Virus record (IMG/VR): IMGVR_UViG_3300042508_000221
Location: 1-64,000 of that record
DNA: 64,000 nucleotides
DNA from: a virus
Reading direction: 5' to 3' (one strand)
Below, piece by piece: positions 62,798-64,000 of the stretch; the first letter of the stretch is position 1; every line of letters starts with the position of its first letter. The translations under genes and the position numbers were made by a program. The notes under the pieces were generated by a model that saw only the letters and a list, made by a program, of their open reading frames with translations, was not told the origin of the DNA and made no database searches.

Positions 62798-63150
62798 AGT
62801 TGACCGCGAACCAGAAACGGAGTTTGCGGCGTCTATGGAAGGGCGACTCGACGACAGAGGAAATCTGCGTCGAATTGGAATTCACGGTCGACGAGCTGGC
62901 GGCGGCGGCGGCGTTCCTGGGGCTGCCGGAGCGGGCCGAGCCCGAGTTCTACCTGCCCGACGAGGCGACGATTCGCCTGGAGTGCGCCAAGATTCGCGCC
63001 AAATGGCATCCCGCCGAGAGGGAACTGCGATTGGGTAGAATAAATGTACCTACTGGAGCAGACAACGATGCTAGCGAAAGTCGAGCTGGTCATCGCTCCA
63101 AAAGAGGCTCGTCTGACGCTCTACAAAGGCGATCAGATCGTCGAGGATGA
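62794..63150 (+). CDS. HTH protein, paralog of 59513-59851
   Basis: L.RLW......EI..EL; P....I...CA.IR.KW...ER. Confidence 0.55.
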   Translation: MKLTANQKRSLRRLWKGDSTTEEICVELEFTVDELAAAAAFLGLPERAEPEFYLPDEATIRLECAKIRAKWHPAERELRLGRINVPTGADNDASESRAGHRSKRGSSDALQRRSDRRG

Positions 63151-63262
63151 GGTCTGGTCATTTGGCCGGCAGATCGGAAAGACCGAGGCGGCCGAGTTCG
63201 CCAGGGCTGTTTTCGACGACGCCTACGACGGGATGAATTTCATGGTGCATGGCGACGAGTGA
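63044..63262 (+). CDS. Hypothetical protein
   Basis: ORF with an alternative SD-supported start at 63068. Confidence 0.5.
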   Translation: MYLLEQTTMLAKVELVIAPKEARLTLYKGDQIVEDEVWSFGRQIGKTEAAEFARAVFDDAYDGMNFMVHGDE

Positions 63263-63447
63263 TGCCAATCGACGACGAAGACATCGACCAGCGTGAGTTT
63301 GAAAGCCGCCGCGGCAACGACTCGACGCCGTTGATGGCCCTGGTTCGCGATCAGCCTTACTCACGGGGGAAGTTGACGAGCGAGGGCCGCACGGCCAGCC
63401 GCGAATATCAGGCATTTCTTGAAAGGAACCGCAATGGACGGAAGTGA
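63259..63447 (+). CDS. Hypothetical protein
   Basis: Coupled ORF. Confidence 0.45.
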   Translation: MMPIDDEDIDQREFESRRGNDSTPLMALVRDQPYSRGKLTSEGRTASREYQAFLERNRNGRK

Positions 63448-63724
63448 AGAGCAGTTCGGTGCCTACGGCGGGCTGTCGCTGGTCGGCAAGATCGCCCTGC
63501 TGGCCCAGTGGGCTCCACTCTTGGCGAAGCTCGAGGCCGTCGCCACGGCGAAGACGCCGCAGGACAGGTCGCTGGCATTGGTGGCCGCCCTCCGGCTGGC
63601 CGCCGACAAGACTGCCACCGACAAAGACAACGACGTGCTCACGCTCGTCGAGAACGTGCTCAAGACGCCCGAGGGGGCCGCCCTCGTCAACTGGTTCGCC
63701 AACGCCGCCGGGGGGATCAAATGA
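63434..63724 (+). CDS. Hypothetical protein
   Basis: AAGGA SD; KTATDKDND motif, reminiscent of small holin/virion proteins. Confidence 0.55.
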   Translation: MDGSEEQFGAYGGLSLVGKIALLAQWAPLLAKLEAVATAKTPQDRSLALVAALRLAADKTATDKDNDVLTLVENVLKTPEGAALVNWFANAAGGIK

Positions 63725-63990
63725 CCGTCGAGCAGATCGGAGCAGGAGCCATCGCGGCCGTGGTGGTGGCGTGGCCGAAGATCGTGCAGGCCGCCAAGTT
63801 CCTGCGGGGCGTCGTGCCTGCCGGCCCGACCCCTCCGCCGGCTCCTGTGACCTATGAGGAGGCCATCCGCAACCTTGCCCTGGTTCGGGCCCGCCTGAAC
63901 GCCACGGGCTTCCTGGGCGACGAGAAGAGCCCGCAGAGGGGTGCCATCGACACACTGACGCTGGCCCTCGTGGCCGGGAGCGATAAGTAG
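63721..63990 (+). CDS. Small membrane-anchored protein
   Basis: N-terminal TM helix and Pro linker; ATGA coupling. Confidence 0.55.
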   Translation: MTVEQIGAGAIAAVVVAWPKIVQAAKFLRGVVPAGPTPPPAPVTYEEAIRNLALVRARLNATGFLGDEKSPQRGAIDTLTLALVAGSDK

Positions 63991-64000
63991 TGAACATCCA

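Overview
The window is most of the genome of a high-GC temperate tailed dsDNA phage with an HK97/lambda-like head and a long non-contractile tail. Almost all genes are on the + strand. Order: terS; terL carrying a class-3 intein; portal; bacterioferritin-like gene; multidomain prohead protease ending in a HiPIP-like Cys4 domain; major capsid; head-tail and tail genes with a -1 frameshifted chaperone and a 1717-aa tape measure; nucleotide-metabolism genes; a ~12.6 kb array of fibre/adhesin genes; HNH; tyrosine integrase with an attP-like tRNA-Ala 3' fragment; replication genes (SNF2 helicase, prim-pol, UvrD-like helicase); a 7-deazaguanine-type cluster (two PP-loop paralogs, csrA, queD, queE, NDT-like, dpdA/TGT-like); many small accessory genes; and a glycosyl/methyltransferase locus. 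A Planctomycetota host is inferred only weakly. Best leads: (1) a phage csrA together with GGA-loop hairpins in the leaders of capsid and tail genes, suggesting a phage translational regulon; (2) an iron-protein pair (degenerate bacterioferritin plus HiPIP-like domain) inside the head operon; (3) a deazaguanine pathway lacking queC and folE but carrying two PP-loop enzymes and an NDT; (4) possible virion glycosylation. All calls come from motif recognition by eye; no searches or folding programs were run.
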